Assembly: GCA_963819655.1 (NCBI GenBank)
Contig: CAWFXA010000002.1
Span: 1,376,001 to 1,440,000, forward strand
Length of the DNA stretch: 64,000 nt
Direction: 5' to 3'
From: an uncultured Chloroflexia bacterium
GTDB lineage: Bacteria; Chloroflexota; Limnocylindria; Limnocylindrales; CSP1-4
Below, piece after piece: positions 51,369 to 61,778 of the stretch; the stretch's first letter is position 1; every line of letters begins with the position of its first letter. The notes under the pieces are model-generated. The model was given only the letters and a program-made list of their open reading frames with translations, made no database searches and was not told the DNA's origin. Both the position numbers and the translations under genes were made by a program.

Positions 51369-52465
51369 TCGACGGCCAGCTCCGGGATCCCGGCCGCCCA
51401 CGCATCGAACTCGGCGCGGAGCGGCGTGAGTGTCTCCTCGTCCGCGAAGGCGACGTTGAGGGCATGCCGGTCGATCGCCCACAGGTCACGCAGTGACAGC
51501 CCGATCAGCTCGTGGGCGGCGATGTACTCCTCGGACAGCGTGAGGTCCGACACGGTCAGGTCGTCCGTATTGAGCGTTACTGGAACGCCCAGCCGGTAGA
51601 GAGGCCCGAGCGGATGCTCGGCGACCGACGGCACGCTGCCGGCCTGCCAGTTCGAATGCGGCGCCATGTCCAGGGTCACGCCGCGCGAGCGCAGCTCGGC
51701 GCACAGCTCTGGGTCCTCGATCGCTCCTGGACCGTGGGCGATCCGCTCCGGATCGATGACGAGCGCTCGACGGACCTGTGCCGCGCCGCCCCACTCGCCG
51801 GCGTGGATCGTCATCCGCAGGCCGTTCGCGCGAGCGGCCTCGAACGAGCGGGCGTGTGTCAGCGGATCCGGGAACGCCTGCTCGAGGCCGGCCAGGTCCC
51901 AGGCGGTCAGTCCCTGGTCGATGAACCGGGCCGCGGTCTCTGCCAGCTCCACGTTCCGTTCCGGATCGTGCGAGCGCAACGCAGTCGAGATCATCCGCAC
52001 CGTGACGCCGGTCCGTGCCGCCGCGGCGTTCGCGCCGCGACAGACCGCCGCGATCCCGTCCGCGAGCGACAGGCCGCGCGCGACGTGGAGCAACGGGCCC
52101 CAGCGGATCTCGACGTAGCGGACGTTGTCGGCGGCCTTCGCCTCGACGAGCTCCGCGGCGATCCGCTCGAGTGCCTCGGCGTCCTGCATGAGCGCGATCG
52201 GCAGATCGAACGCCTTGAGCAGCTCGGCCTGTGACGTCGACGGCATCGCGCCGACGAGCGCACCCGACATGCCGACCCAATCGCGTGGCGCATCGACCCC
52301 GCGCGTGCGTGCCAGCTCGAGGGCTGTGTCGATGCGCACCGAACCGTCGAGATGGAGGTGGAGCTCCGCCTTCGGCATCGCCTCGATAAGTCGCCGGCGG
52401 GCCGCACGCGCGACGTCGTTCGCGGCCGCGGCGTCGAGCGGCCGCAGGTCATCGAGGGTGGTCAT
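51365..52465 (-). CDS. add: Adenosine/adenine deaminase
   Basis: PKAELHLHLDGS, TIHAGE, RIAHG, LNTDD. Confidence 0.92.
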   Translation of the reverse strand: MTTLDDLRPLDAAAANDVARAARRRLIEAMPKAELHLHLDGSVRIDTALELARTRGVDAPRDWVGMSGALVGAMPSTSQAELLKAFDLPIALMQDAEALERIAAELVEAKAADNVRYVEIRWGPLLHVARGLSLADGIAAVCRGANAAAARTGVTVRMISTALRSHDPERNVELAETAARFIDQGLTAWDLAGLEQAFPDPLTHARSFEAARANGLRMTIHAGEWGGAAQVRRALVIDPERIAHGPGAIEDPELCAELRSRGVTLDMAPHSNWQAGSVPSVAEHPLGPLYRLGVPVTLNTDDLTVSDLTLSEEYIAAHELIGLSLRDLWAIDRHALNVAFADEETLTPLRAEFDAWAAGIPELAVD

Positions 52466-52471
52466 GCGCCG

Positions 52472-53485
52472 ATGCTACGATTCCGCGGCCCTGACCGTCG
52501 AGCCTGGAGGACGCCGCTGACCCGCATCCGCGACCTGACGCGCAACACCCTGGCGGTCGTCATCTGGCTGGCCGCAGCCACGGCTATCGCGTTGGGGACC
52601 GCCGGCATCGTCGCGGGGATGGATTCGCCGGCTGCCGACGGCAGCGATCGGACCGGACGAACTGGCCGCGGCGACTCCCAGGTCGACGCGTCGCTCGACA
52701 AGGTCGAGGAGCAGATGCGCGACCTGTCGGGCGCCATCGGGAGCCTCAACGAGCAGGCCCGTGTGGTCCTCGCCTCGCTGGCGAGCAACGAGGTCGAGCC
52801 GGTCGATACCGCGACCGCCATGGGCACGGCGCTCGTCGCGGATATCGAGGCGCGTATCGACCGGATCCAGGAGGCCCTGGACGCGGTGCCGATCGTCGGC
52901 ACCCAGGCCGCGGAGTACGAGCTGACGCCCGCGACCGGTGAGCGGTATGCGTCGTATCTCGGTGGGCTGGCATCGACCAGGGGCGTCACCGAGGCGTGGA
53001 CTCGCCTGACCGTCGCGTCGTTGAGCGCCAACCGGATGTCCACGCTGCTCGCCGCCCACGACGAGGCCGTCGTAGCGGCCGCTGAGGAGGGCCGGAGGGC
53101 GGCGTATGACCGAGCGCTCGGACATCTCGATGACGCCGATGCCGCGATCGCCGACGCACGGACCCTGCGCGACAGCCTGGCCGCCACGGTCGACGTCACC
53201 ACGCTCGACGAATGGCTGGACCGCAGCAGGGCCTATGACGTCGCCCTGCGCGCGTTGTACGTTGCGGTCCAGCGCGCGGATGGCCGCGTCACGACCGCCG
53301 TGCGCGAGGCGATGCGGAAAGAAGAGGCGGCCAAGGCCCGCCTGCCACCGGATACGCGCTCGCTGGTGCTGATCATGTCGGACATCGGTCGGGGCGGGAT
53401 GAACGCATCGGCGATCGCGATCGAACAGGCCCATGCAGACCTCGAGGAGGCGCTCGCGCCGCCGCTCGCCGCACCGTCTCCCTGA
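52472..53485 (+). CDS. Hypothetical membrane-anchored helical protein (start uncertain)
   Basis: Long GC3-biased ORF with N-terminal TM and coiled-coil-like helices. Confidence 0.65.
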   Translation: MLRFRGPDRRAWRTPLTRIRDLTRNTLAVVIWLAAATAIALGTAGIVAGMDSPAADGSDRTGRTGRGDSQVDASLDKVEEQMRDLSGAIGSLNEQARVVLASLASNEVEPVDTATAMGTALVADIEARIDRIQEALDAVPIVGTQAAEYELTPATGERYASYLGGLASTRGVTEAWTRLTVASLSANRMSTLLAAHDEAVVAAAEEGRRAAYDRALGHLDDADAAIADARTLRDSLAATVDVTTLDEWLDRSRAYDVALRALYVAVQRADGRVTTAVREAMRKEEAAKARLPPDTRSLVLIMSDIGRGGMNASAIAIEQAHADLEEALAPPLAAPSP

Positions 53486-53580
53486 CCCTCGCCGGCAGGT
53501 AAACTGCCGGCACAGCATCGCGACCGCCGCGACAGGGGCACCGCCAGCGGCCTGCAATCCCGGGAGGATCCGTACCCACC

Positions 53581-55092
53581 GTGCAGCTTCGTGTCGTCAC
53601 CGACCAGCCATGGGATGTCAAGGCCGACGTCCTGGTCATCCCGATCATCGGTGAGCCGTCGTTCGACGGCCCGCTCGACGAGCTCGATCGCCGCACGGGT
53701 GGCGAACTGCGCGCTCTCGCCGAATTCAGGGAGCTGAAGGCCAAGCGGTACACGTCGGCACTGGCACCGGGCGGCGAGCTGCCGGCGTCCTGGCTCCTCA
53801 CGGTCAGCGCAGGCGACTCGGACAAGGTCGATCGCGAGGTCGCGGTTCGCGTCGGCGCCACCGCCGAGCGACGGCTTGCCGGTCGCGTGGTGCGCAGCAT
53901 GGCCGTGTGGCTGGCGCCGCTGGTCGACGCAGACGGGTTCGATGGGGACGTCGCGACGGCCGCCGAGCTCGTCACTCGCGGCGTGATCGAGGGCTCCTAC
54001 GACCCCAAGGCGATCTACCGTCCGGAGATCGAGTCGGCGCCGCCGAAGCTCGACGAGCTCATCCTGATCGTGCCCGGTGGCGACACTGCCGCCGCGACGG
54101 CCGGAGCCGAGCGCGGGGTGATCATCGGCGAGGGGGCCAACACCGCGCGGACGCTCTCGAATCGGTCGGCCAACGATCTCTCTCCCGAGGTCATGGCCGA
54201 TGAAGCCCGAGCCATCGCCGAGCGCCATGGCCTGTGGATCGACGTCATCGACGACACGCGCGCCACCGAGCTCGGGATGGGCATGTTCATGGCGGTCGGC
54301 CGCGGGTCGGACAACCCGCCGCGCATGATCGTCATGCGCTCGGGCGGTGAAGGCGAGCGGGACAGGCGCGACCGGCACGTGGCCATCGTCGGCAAGGGCG
54401 TGTGCTTCGACTCCGGCGGCATCAGCATCAAGCCGTCCGACCGGATGGAAGAGATGAAGATGGACAAGACCGGCGCATGCACGGTCATCGCCGCGATCGA
54501 GACTGTGGCGCGGCTGGCGCCCGGGACACCGTTGCTCGCCGTCGCGCCGATGGTCGAGAACATGCCCGGCCCGCATTCGACCCGGCCGGGCGACATCGTG
54601 ACCGCGTTGAACGGCAAGAAGGTCGACATCACGAACACCGACGCCGAGGGGCGGCTGATCCTCGGTGACGCGATGACCTACGCAGAGCGGCTTGGGGCGA
54701 CCCACCTCGTCGACGTCGCGACCCTCACGGGCGCGGTCGCCCGGGCGTTGGGGCATCTCGTGACCGGCGCCTTCGGCGAGCCGCAGAGCTGGTATGACGA
54801 CGTCAGCGCCGCCGCCCGCCGGGCCGGTGAGCGCTACTGGCAGCTGCCGTTGATCGACGACTACGTCCCGGACATGGAGAGCTGGTACGCGGACCTCCAG
54901 AACGCCGGGTCGGCCGAGGGCTCGCTGGTCAAGAGCGGCCTCTTCCTGCGCGAGTTCGTGACCGTGCCGTGGGTCCATCTCGACATCGCCGGGACGGGCT
55001 ACTACCGCAAGGCGCAGCCGTTCGGGGCGCGCGGGGCCACCGGCGTCTCGCACGCGACGCTCGTCGAGCTCGCGCTGGCCGGGGCCGCCTGA
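53581..55092 (+). CDS. pepA: Leucyl aminopeptidase (M17)
   Basis: VGKGVCFDSGG, MKMDKTGA, NTDAEGRL, DVATLTGA, HLDIAG. Confidence 0.93.
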   Translation: MQLRVVTDQPWDVKADVLVIPIIGEPSFDGPLDELDRRTGGELRALAEFRELKAKRYTSALAPGGELPASWLLTVSAGDSDKVDREVAVRVGATAERRLAGRVVRSMAVWLAPLVDADGFDGDVATAAELVTRGVIEGSYDPKAIYRPEIESAPPKLDELILIVPGGDTAAATAGAERGVIIGEGANTARTLSNRSANDLSPEVMADEARAIAERHGLWIDVIDDTRATELGMGMFMAVGRGSDNPPRMIVMRSGGEGERDRRDRHVAIVGKGVCFDSGGISIKPSDRMEEMKMDKTGACTVIAAIETVARLAPGTPLLAVAPMVENMPGPHSTRPGDIVTALNGKKVDITNTDAEGRLILGDAMTYAERLGATHLVDVATLTGAVARALGHLVTGAFGEPQSWYDDVSAAARRAGERYWQLPLIDDYVPDMESWYADLQNAGSAEGSLVKSGLFLREFVTVPWVHLDIAGTGYYRKAQPFGARGATGVSHATLVELALAGAA

Positions 55093-55123
55093 CGACAGCG
55101 CGGTCCGATCCGGCGAGCGGTCG

Positions 55124-55765
55124 ATGGAGCCGCTGAGCCTGGTCCTCGCCGTCGCCGGCGGGGCGCTCGGGGTCGCGGCCGACCGATTCGCCACCCGTTG
55201 GCCGGAGCACGACGAAGAGCACCCGCCGGGCCGCCGCGTCGACTGGCGCACGATCCTGTGTGGCGCGACCGGGGCGGTCGCGCTCGGTCTGTTGCCGCTC
55301 CGGTTCTCGGCCGACGTCCTCGCGTTCGTCGCGTTCGGTGCCTGGTTCGTGACTCTTGTCATCGGGTTGGCCACGGATCTCGATCAACGGGTGCTGCCCG
55401 ACGAGCTGACGCTGCCGGTGATCCCGCTCGCGCTCCTCTACGCGGCGTCGGGTCTGAACCCGCTGGTCGGTGGCGGGCTGGTCCTCGCGATCGTGGCGGC
55501 CATCGCTATCCCGGCCGTGCTGTACCTGCCGTCGTTGCCGTTCGGGGCGGGCGCCTTCGGGATGGGCGACGTGAAGTTCCTGGCGGGGATGGGGTTGATG
55601 CTCGGTGGCGACCGTGCGCTCAGCGGGACCCTGTTCGGGCTGGTCCTCGCCGGTCTGGTGCTGCTGGTGCTGCTCTTGACGCGGCGGATCGGGCGCAAGA
55701 GCTTCATCCCGTTCGGTCCGTTCCTGATCATCGGGGCGCTCTGGGCGGTGCTGGTGCGGGGGTAG
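55124..55765 (+). CDS. A24 family (prepilin) peptidase
   Basis: TDLDQRVLPD, GMGDVKF, IPFGPFL. Confidence 0.88.
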   Translation: MEPLSLVLAVAGGALGVAADRFATRWPEHDEEHPPGRRVDWRTILCGATGAVALGLLPLRFSADVLAFVAFGAWFVTLVIGLATDLDQRVLPDELTLPVIPLALLYAASGLNPLVGGGLVLAIVAAIAIPAVLYLPSLPFGAGAFGMGDVKFLAGMGLMLGGDRALSGTLFGLVLAGLVLLVLLLTRRIGRKSFIPFGPFLIIGALWAVLVRG

Positions 55766-55776
55766 CGTGAGGTAGC

Positions 55777-56671
55777 GTGAGCGCAACGGTCGGGCCGCCA
55801 CCGGATGACATCGATCGCATCGCGCGCGCTCTCGGTTGGCGCCCCACGTCGTTCCGGCCAGCTGCCCCTGAACGCGGTCTGTCGGGAACGGCGGCTCGCT
55901 GGATCGTGGGGGAGGCCCATGCGGGCGGGGGTCGTCGCTCGGCATTCGTGAAGATCGGGGCGACCGGGCTCACCGCCGATTGGACTCGACGGGAGCACCG
56001 CACCTACGGGACGATCCGCGGCTGGTTCCTGCCCGAGGTCCTCGGGTTCGACGATGACGGATCGCGGCCGGTCCTGGCCCTCGAGGACCTGTCCGACGCG
56101 GACTGGCCGCCGCCCTGGTCGAACGTGCGGGTCGCCGCCGTGCTCGACGCCGTCGGGGCCATCCACGAGACGGAGCCGCCCGCCCATCTGGAGTGGGAAG
56201 ACGAGGATGGCGAAGCGGATTGGCGGGCCATCGCCGGCGACCCGGCCGCGTTCCTTGCGCTCGGGCTGTGCGCGGCGGACTGGCTCGCCGAGTTCCTGCC
56301 AAAGCTGCGGGCCGCGGCCGGCGCCGCGCCACTCACGGGTGACGCGCTCGTCCATCTCGACATTCGGAGCGACAACCTGTGCATCCGTGACGGACGCGCA
56401 GTGATGATCGATTGGAACCATGCGCGCCTGGCCAACCCAGACCTGGACATCGCGTTCTGGCTCCCGAGCCTTCATGCGGAAGGCGGGCCAGCGCCCGAGG
56501 CGATCCTCCCCGAGCAGCCCCGAGCTTGCGGCGTGGGTCGCGGGATTCTTCTGTGCACGGGCCGGTCAGCCGCCGATCCCCGACGCGCCCCACGTGCGTG
56601 CCCTGCAGCTCGCCCAGGCGCGCACCGCGTTGCCGTGGGCGGCACGTGCGCTGGGGCTGTCGGCGCCATGA
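55777..56671 (+). CDS. Aminoglycoside phosphotransferase/kinase-like protein (frameshift about 56520)
   Basis: AFVKIG, LALEDLS, LVHLDIRSDN, IDWNHA. C-terminus ELAAWVAGFF...WAARALGL is in a shifted frame. Confidence 0.82.
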
Positions 56672-56742
56672 CTGGTCGTGCCGGGTCGGGCATTGTGCGG
56701 GCCGCGGCCGCCGCTGCTCATCCTGCGGGCCGCGGCCGCTCA

Positions 56743-56924
56743 TCATGAACAACGCGCATGAGGACGGCCTTATGACAGGCGACGGCTCGGTCTGACGCCC
56801 GTTCGGCACCTCGAACGTGCATATCGCGCCTAGCGAGCGACCTTAGGCGGATCGTGACGCCCCGCTCGGGCCTGAAACAGACGAGAACGGGCCACAAGGT
56901 TGCCCTCATCCGCATTCTTCATGG
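56743..56924. repeat. Solo family B element, 182 nt
   Basis: TCATGAACAACGCGCATGAGGACGGCCTTATG (+, 56743-56774), middle unit (+, 56815-56847), inverted CCATGAAGAATGCGGATGAGGGCAACCTTGTG (56924-56893). Confidence 0.8.
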
Positions 56925-57057
56925 TCGGGAGGATCGGGAGGATCGGGAGGGCCGGGAGGGCGAGCCCGGATTCCGAGAGGCCCGCGAGGGCCGGGAGGGG
57001 GATCGCCGGGATGGTCGAGAAGGCCGCGTTGGTGGCGACGGCCGCGAGGGCTCGGGA
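56922..57057 (+). repeat. Degenerate 9-bp tandem repeat (GGATCGGGA/GGGCCGGGA)
   Basis: ggtcgggaggatcgggaggatcgggagggccgggagggcg... Confidence 0.7.
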
Positions 57058-57251
57058 TGTCCCGCACGTGTCCCGCACCACCTCGCAGGTCCCACGACCG
57101 CACCGGGACCATCGACCCATCCGGTGCGGGTCGCGTGCATGGATAGACTGCCAAGGACAATCTCTGGACTCGACGGGTATCATCCCGGGGAGCCGGAAAC
57201 GGGGTCGTCCTGCGGCTGTGCCAGTCCGAGGGCGTCGACCCACCGGCGGGT

Positions 57252-58733
57252 GTGACCGTCGCCCGACGCCGTGCCCCGTCCCATGGTGTCGCCTACGGAG
57301 CCTGCTCGCACGATGACGTCGCCCACGTGATCCGCCGCTCCCGTCGTTCGGACGTTCCCCGCACAGGAAGCCCCGGACCGACTGGCTGGTCGAACCCGGT
57401 CGGGCCGACGCCGGCGCGCCGGATCCGCCGTCACGTTCCCACGCTCGTCCTGCTGATCCCGCTCGTGGTGGGGCTGCTCGGGTCGCCCGCGGCGACCTCG
57501 TCGGTCCGTGGCGACGAACTGTCCGACGCGAAGGCGAAGGCGGCCGCGATCAAGAAGGAAGTCGCCAAGCAGAAGGCCCAGATCGCCGCGATCAACGACC
57601 TCCAAGCGGGTCTGTCCGCGGAGATCGCCGACACGAAGAACCAGCTCCGGAAGATCGGCGCCGACCTCGACGCGGTCCGCAAGAAGATCTCCCAGATGCA
57701 GGCCAAGATCAACGAGGTCAAGGCCGTTTACGAAGACCTTGTCAAGCAACTCGTCGCGATGGACGCCGAGCTCCAGCGGGTCATGGCGCAGGAAGCCGCG
57801 AAGCGGGTCGAGCTCGCGGAGCGGCGTGCCCAGCTCGCCGATCGGGTCCGCAGCGCATACGACACCGACCGGACCTCGCCGCTCGAGACGTTCCTGTCCG
57901 GTGGCTCGTTCACCGACCTGCTCGCGGAGATGTCCTACTACATCGATGTCGGCGAGCAGGACCGCGCCCTCGCCGACCAGATCGCCAAGGCCAAGGAGAC
58001 GCTCGCGGCGATCCACCAGACCGTGGCCGATACGCGCGCACGCACCAACGTCCTGCGCCAGGAGACCGCCGCCCAGAAACGCGATCTCGACAAGGCGATG
58101 CGTGCGCTGCAGGAGACGAAGAAGGAGCTCCGCCGGCTCGAGAAGCAGGTCGCCCGGACGCTGGCCCAGCAGAAGGCACGCTTCGCCGCGCTCGCGCGCA
58201 ACAAGAAGAACGCCGCTGCGATCATCCGCCAGGCCGCGATGGACCAGAAGAAGCTCCAGCGCGAGATCAACGCGATGATCGCCCGGCAGGTCGCGCGCGG
58301 CAACATCCCGAGTTCGTTCAACGGCACGATGCGCTGGCCGATGGACGAGTTCTCGGTCAGCGGCGAGTACGGCTGCAGCTCGTTCGAGTACTACGCGCCC
58401 GGCAACGGCTGCGCGCATTTCCACAACGGCATCGACCTGGTCGCCCCGTACGGCACGCCGGTCAAGGCCGCAGCCGCGGGCGAGGTCGTGTATGTCGGCT
58501 GGAACTGGGCCGACGGGGCCGATCCGGCCTGGATCGTCGTGGTCGCCCATTCCGGGAACCTGAAGACCTGGTACGCGCACATGCAGCCGAAGCGGCCGGT
58601 CGCGGTCGGGGACTCGGTGAAAAAGGGCCAGACCGTCGGCTACGAAGGCAGCACGGGCCACGCGACCGGGCCGCACCTGCACTGGATGACGGAGCTCAAC
58701 GGCAACTTCGTGAACCCGCGTCTGTTCCTGTAA
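57252..58733 (+). CDS. Coiled-coil M23 family peptidase (EnvC/murein hydrolase-like); true start probably downstream
   Basis: Signal/TM segment, long coiled coil, HNGID, YAHM, GSTGHATGPHLHW. Confidence 0.9.
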   Translation: MTVARRRAPSHGVAYGACSHDDVAHVIRRSRRSDVPRTGSPGPTGWSNPVGPTPARRIRRHVPTLVLLIPLVVGLLGSPAATSSVRGDELSDAKAKAAAIKKEVAKQKAQIAAINDLQAGLSAEIADTKNQLRKIGADLDAVRKKISQMQAKINEVKAVYEDLVKQLVAMDAELQRVMAQEAAKRVELAERRAQLADRVRSAYDTDRTSPLETFLSGGSFTDLLAEMSYYIDVGEQDRALADQIAKAKETLAAIHQTVADTRARTNVLRQETAAQKRDLDKAMRALQETKKELRRLEKQVARTLAQQKARFAALARNKKNAAAIIRQAAMDQKKLQREINAMIARQVARGNIPSSFNGTMRWPMDEFSVSGEYGCSSFEYYAPGNGCAHFHNGIDLVAPYGTPVKAAAAGEVVYVGWNWADGADPAWIVVVAHSGNLKTWYAHMQPKRPVAVGDSVKKGQTVGYEGSTGHATGPHLHWMTELNGNFVNPRLFL

Positions 58734-58844
58734 CGCCGTTCACCAGACGTTGACGCCGGTACGGGCGAGAGGCTTCGGGGCCCCGTGCTAGCATCGCCAA
58801 CAGACCCTCATCGACAGACCCGCATCGACATCGGGAGGCGCGCT

Positions 58845-60197
58845 GTGACTTCGAAGCGCACGATGGCGATCATCCTTGCGGGTGGTGAAGGCGAGCGCCT
58901 GTCGATCCTGTCGCAGGAACGGGCGAAGCCGGCCGTACCGTTTGGTGGGAAGTACCGGATCATCGACTTCACGCTGTCCAATTGCGTCAACTCCGACATC
59001 CACGACGTCGTCGTCCTGACGCAGTACAACCCGCGCTCCCTCAACGACCACATCGGCCTCGGCCGGCCGTGGGACCTCGACCGGAACCAGGGCGGCGTGA
59101 AGCTGCTGCAGCCGTATATCGCGCGCGGCAAGGTCGCCGAGTGGTACCGCGGGACCGCGGACGCGGTCCTGCGCAACATGAACGTCATCGAACACGACCC
59201 ATCCGACACGGTCGTGGTCCTCGCCGGCGACCACGTCTACAAGATGGATTACCAGCCGTTCATCGCGGCCCACCGCCGTCGCCGGGCCGACGTGACGATC
59301 GCCGTCCGGCGCGTGCCGCTCGCCGAGGCGTCGCGCATGGGCGTCCTCGCGCTCGACGAGAACGACCGAGTCATCGAATGGCAGGAGAAGCCCAAGCAGC
59401 CCAAGACCGACCTCGCGTCGATGGGCGTGTACGTCTTTTCGAAGAAGACGCTCCGGCGCTGGCTGTCGGAGGACCGCGTCGACTTCGGGCGCCACGTCAT
59501 CCCGGCCATGCTCGAGGCCGGCGCGCGTGTCTTCGGCTACCGCTACAACGGCTACTGGCAGGACGTCGGCACGATCCAGTCGTTCTGGGAGGCCAACATG
59601 GCGCTCCTCGAGGACGATCCCGAGCTCGACCTGTACGACAAGGAGTGGGTCATCCATACCCGCTCCGAGGAACGCGCGCCCGCCAAGGTCGGCCCCACGG
59701 CGCAGGTCCATCGAAGCCTCATCAGCCACGGCTGCGTGATCAATGGGACGGTCGTCAACTCGGTCCTGTCGCCGGGCGTGCGGGTCGATGTCGGCGCCGT
59801 CGTGCGCGACTCGATCGTGATGTTCGATTCGGTCATCCGCTCGAGCGCCGTCGTCGACCGCTCGATCCTCGACAAGGAGGTCGTGGTCGGGCAGGGCGCG
59901 ATCGTCGGATCGGGGCCGTACGACGACCGCCCGAACAAGGGGGAGCCGACCCGCCTAAACACCGGCATCACGGTCGTCGGCAAGCGCGCGCTCATCCCGC
60001 GCGGCGCCCACATCGGCCGAAATGTGCGCGTGGCTGCCGACATCCGGACCAGCGACTTCGTGAAGAAGGTCATCAAGAGCGGCGAGTCGGTCGACCGACG
60101 CGCCCGCGGCCGCAGCACTCACGACCACGGACAGGGCGTCGATGTCCACGAGGTCGCCACAGGTGTCGCGACAGGAGCCGGGCGAGGCGGTCGCTAG
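58845..60197 (+). CDS. glgC: Glucose-1-phosphate adenylyltransferase
   Basis: [10 protein letters not shown]...[34 protein letters not shown]; GGGAGG RBS before GTG. Confidence 0.95.
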   Translation: MTSKRTMAIILAGGEGERLSILSQERAKPAVPFGGKYRIIDFTLSNCVNSDIHDVVVLTQYNPRSLNDHIGLGRPWDLDRNQGGVKLLQPYIARGKVAEWYRGTADAVLRNMNVIEHDPSDTVVVLAGDHVYKMDYQPFIAAHRRRRADVTIAVRRVPLAEASRMGVLALDENDRVIEWQEKPKQPKTDLASMGVYVFSKKTLRRWLSEDRVDFGRHVIPAMLEAGARVFGYRYNGYWQDVGTIQSFWEANMALLEDDPELDLYDKEWVIHTRSEERAPAKVGPTAQVHRSLISHGCVINGTVVNSVLSPGVRVDVGAVVRDSIVMFDSVIRSSAVVDRSILDKEVVVGQGAIVGSGPYDDRPNKGEPTRLNTGITVVGKRALIPRGAHIGRNVRVAADIRTSDFVKKVIKSGESVDRRARGRSTHDHGQGVDVHEVATGVATGAGRGGR

Positions 60198-60239
60198 GGC
60201 CATACGGCGCAAAGTCCTGCCTCGTGGTATGGATAGGCC

Positions 60240-61154
60240 ATGCGCCGGCGATCGCTCAGCACCCGGCCGCTCCGGGCGCTAGTCGCCCTTGGACTGCTGA
60301 CCGTCCTCGTCGGCTGTGACGCGACGGCCGGGTCCTTGTCGACGCCCGGGGGGAGCCAGGGGGCGCTTGAATCCAAGGTGCCGACGCCGACCGTCGCGCC
60401 GACACCGCGACTGACCCTGCCGGCAACGCCGGCGGAACCCACAGCGCCACTCCGGCCGTCGGCGACACCGGTCATGCCTGAACCTACCCCCGCACCGACC
60501 GCCCGCCTCGACCCGGCACCCAAGCCCGGCCCGTTTACGATGAACCTGTATCGGCGGGGCGACTTCGCCAGCCAGGTGACGAAGATGTACTGCGTGCCCG
60601 GCGCGATGCAGACGATGATGAACGTCATGGACCGCGGCGCCACGAAGGCGTCGCGAGCCGTCCAGGACCGGCTCTATCGACTCGCCCGCCGCCTGTCGAC
60701 CGATCGATTGCGTGGTCATGGTGCGGAGCCAGAGGGCTGGGCCCGAGGGCTCGAACGGCTCGGCTACGGTCAGTACGAGGTCAAGGTCTCGAACTCGCGC
60801 AAGGGCGCGATCAGGGCGGCGGCACGTGCACTCCGTGAAACCAACCGCCCGGTCGGCCTGCTCGTGTGGCGCGGTGCGCATGCCTGGGTGATGACCGGGT
60901 TCAAGGCCACGGCCGATCCGGCCATGACCGAGTCCTTCAGCGTGACGCACGTCCGCATCGTCGACGTCTGGTATCCGCGCGTCAGCTCGATCTGGGGTGC
61001 GTCGGTCGAGCCGAACACGCTGGTTCCCTTTGACAAGCTCGATGACGACTACCTGCCCTTTAGGCGGCCGCTGATGCGTTACCCGGACAAGGACCGCCGA
61101 TTCGTGATCGTCGCGCCCGTCGCCGACCTCGGTGCGTCCGACCCAATCGGCTAG
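60240..61154 (+). CDS. Lipoprotein with papain/C39-like cysteine peptidase domain
   Basis: Lipobox LVGC, Pro/Thr linker, SQ...YCVPGAMQ, GAHAWVMTG, IVDVW. Confidence 0.7.
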   Translation: MRRRSLSTRPLRALVALGLLTVLVGCDATAGSLSTPGGSQGALESKVPTPTVAPTPRLTLPATPAEPTAPLRPSATPVMPEPTPAPTARLDPAPKPGPFTMNLYRRGDFASQVTKMYCVPGAMQTMMNVMDRGATKASRAVQDRLYRLARRLSTDRLRGHGAEPEGWARGLERLGYGQYEVKVSNSRKGAIRAAARALRETNRPVGLLVWRGAHAWVMTGFKATADPAMTESFSVTHVRIVDVWYPRVSSIWGASVEPNTLVPFDKLDDDYLPFRRPLMRYPDKDRRFVIVAPVADLGASDPIG

Positions 61155-61166
61155 ACTCCGCGGGCC

Positions 61167-61778
61167 ATGCCTTCCGCCGACCCCGGCGCACCCTCACTGC
61201 GCCCGGCCGACGTCGAGCGCTGGCTCAGCGACCTGGGTCTAGAGCCAGTCGACCGGGCCGAGCGCGATGGGATCGCCAGCTGGGATCTCGTGCTCGACGG
61301 GCGCCGCCGCTTCGATCTTCGGGTGACGATCATCCTCGACCCGTCGCTGGCCCTCATCTGCTGGGCCCATTTCGCGCCGCCGATCGGCGACATGTTCCGC
61401 AAGTCGTACCGCAAGCTGCTCCGCTGGAATGACGAGTTCCCGTTCGCCAAGTTCGGGATCGGCGAAGACGAGCGGCCGCTGCTGTCGATCGAGCTTCCGA
61501 TCGCGGATGTCGCGGCGGCAGCCACAGCGGACCGGCTGGGCCTTGCCCTCGCACGGATCGTCGGAATCGCCGACCGGTTGCTGGACGAATCGGCGGTCTG
61601 GCTATGGATCGGCGGTCGGATGCCCGATCAGTCGGGCCGGACGCCGCGCAACGCCGCGTTCCTTGCGCGGTACGACGACCGGCTGATGGAGCTCGGGCCC
61701 CCGGAGCTCACGGCCGCAGAGCTCGCGCCCGCGGAGCTCGCGCACGCGCCGCTTGGCGATGGCGAGGTCGTCTCGTGA
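61167..61778 (+). CDS. YbjN domain (type III chaperone-like) protein
   Basis: YRKLLRWNDEFPFAKFGI resembles the YbjN/CesT family core. Confidence 0.65.
   Translation: MPSADPGAPSLRPADVERWLSDLGLEPVDRAERDGIASWDLVLDGRRRFDLRVTIILDPSLALICWAHFAPPIGDMFRKSYRKLLRWNDEFPFAKFGIGEDERPLLSIELPIADVAAAATADRLGLALARIVGIADRLLDESAVWLWIGGRMPDQSGRTPRNAAFLARYDDRLMELGPPELTAAELAPAELAHAPLGDGEVVS

Noticed and set aside
56854-57255. ORF with (REG/RED)n repeats
   Set aside because: It is the translation of a 9-bp tandem repeat beginning inside a family B element; no RBS or homology evident.
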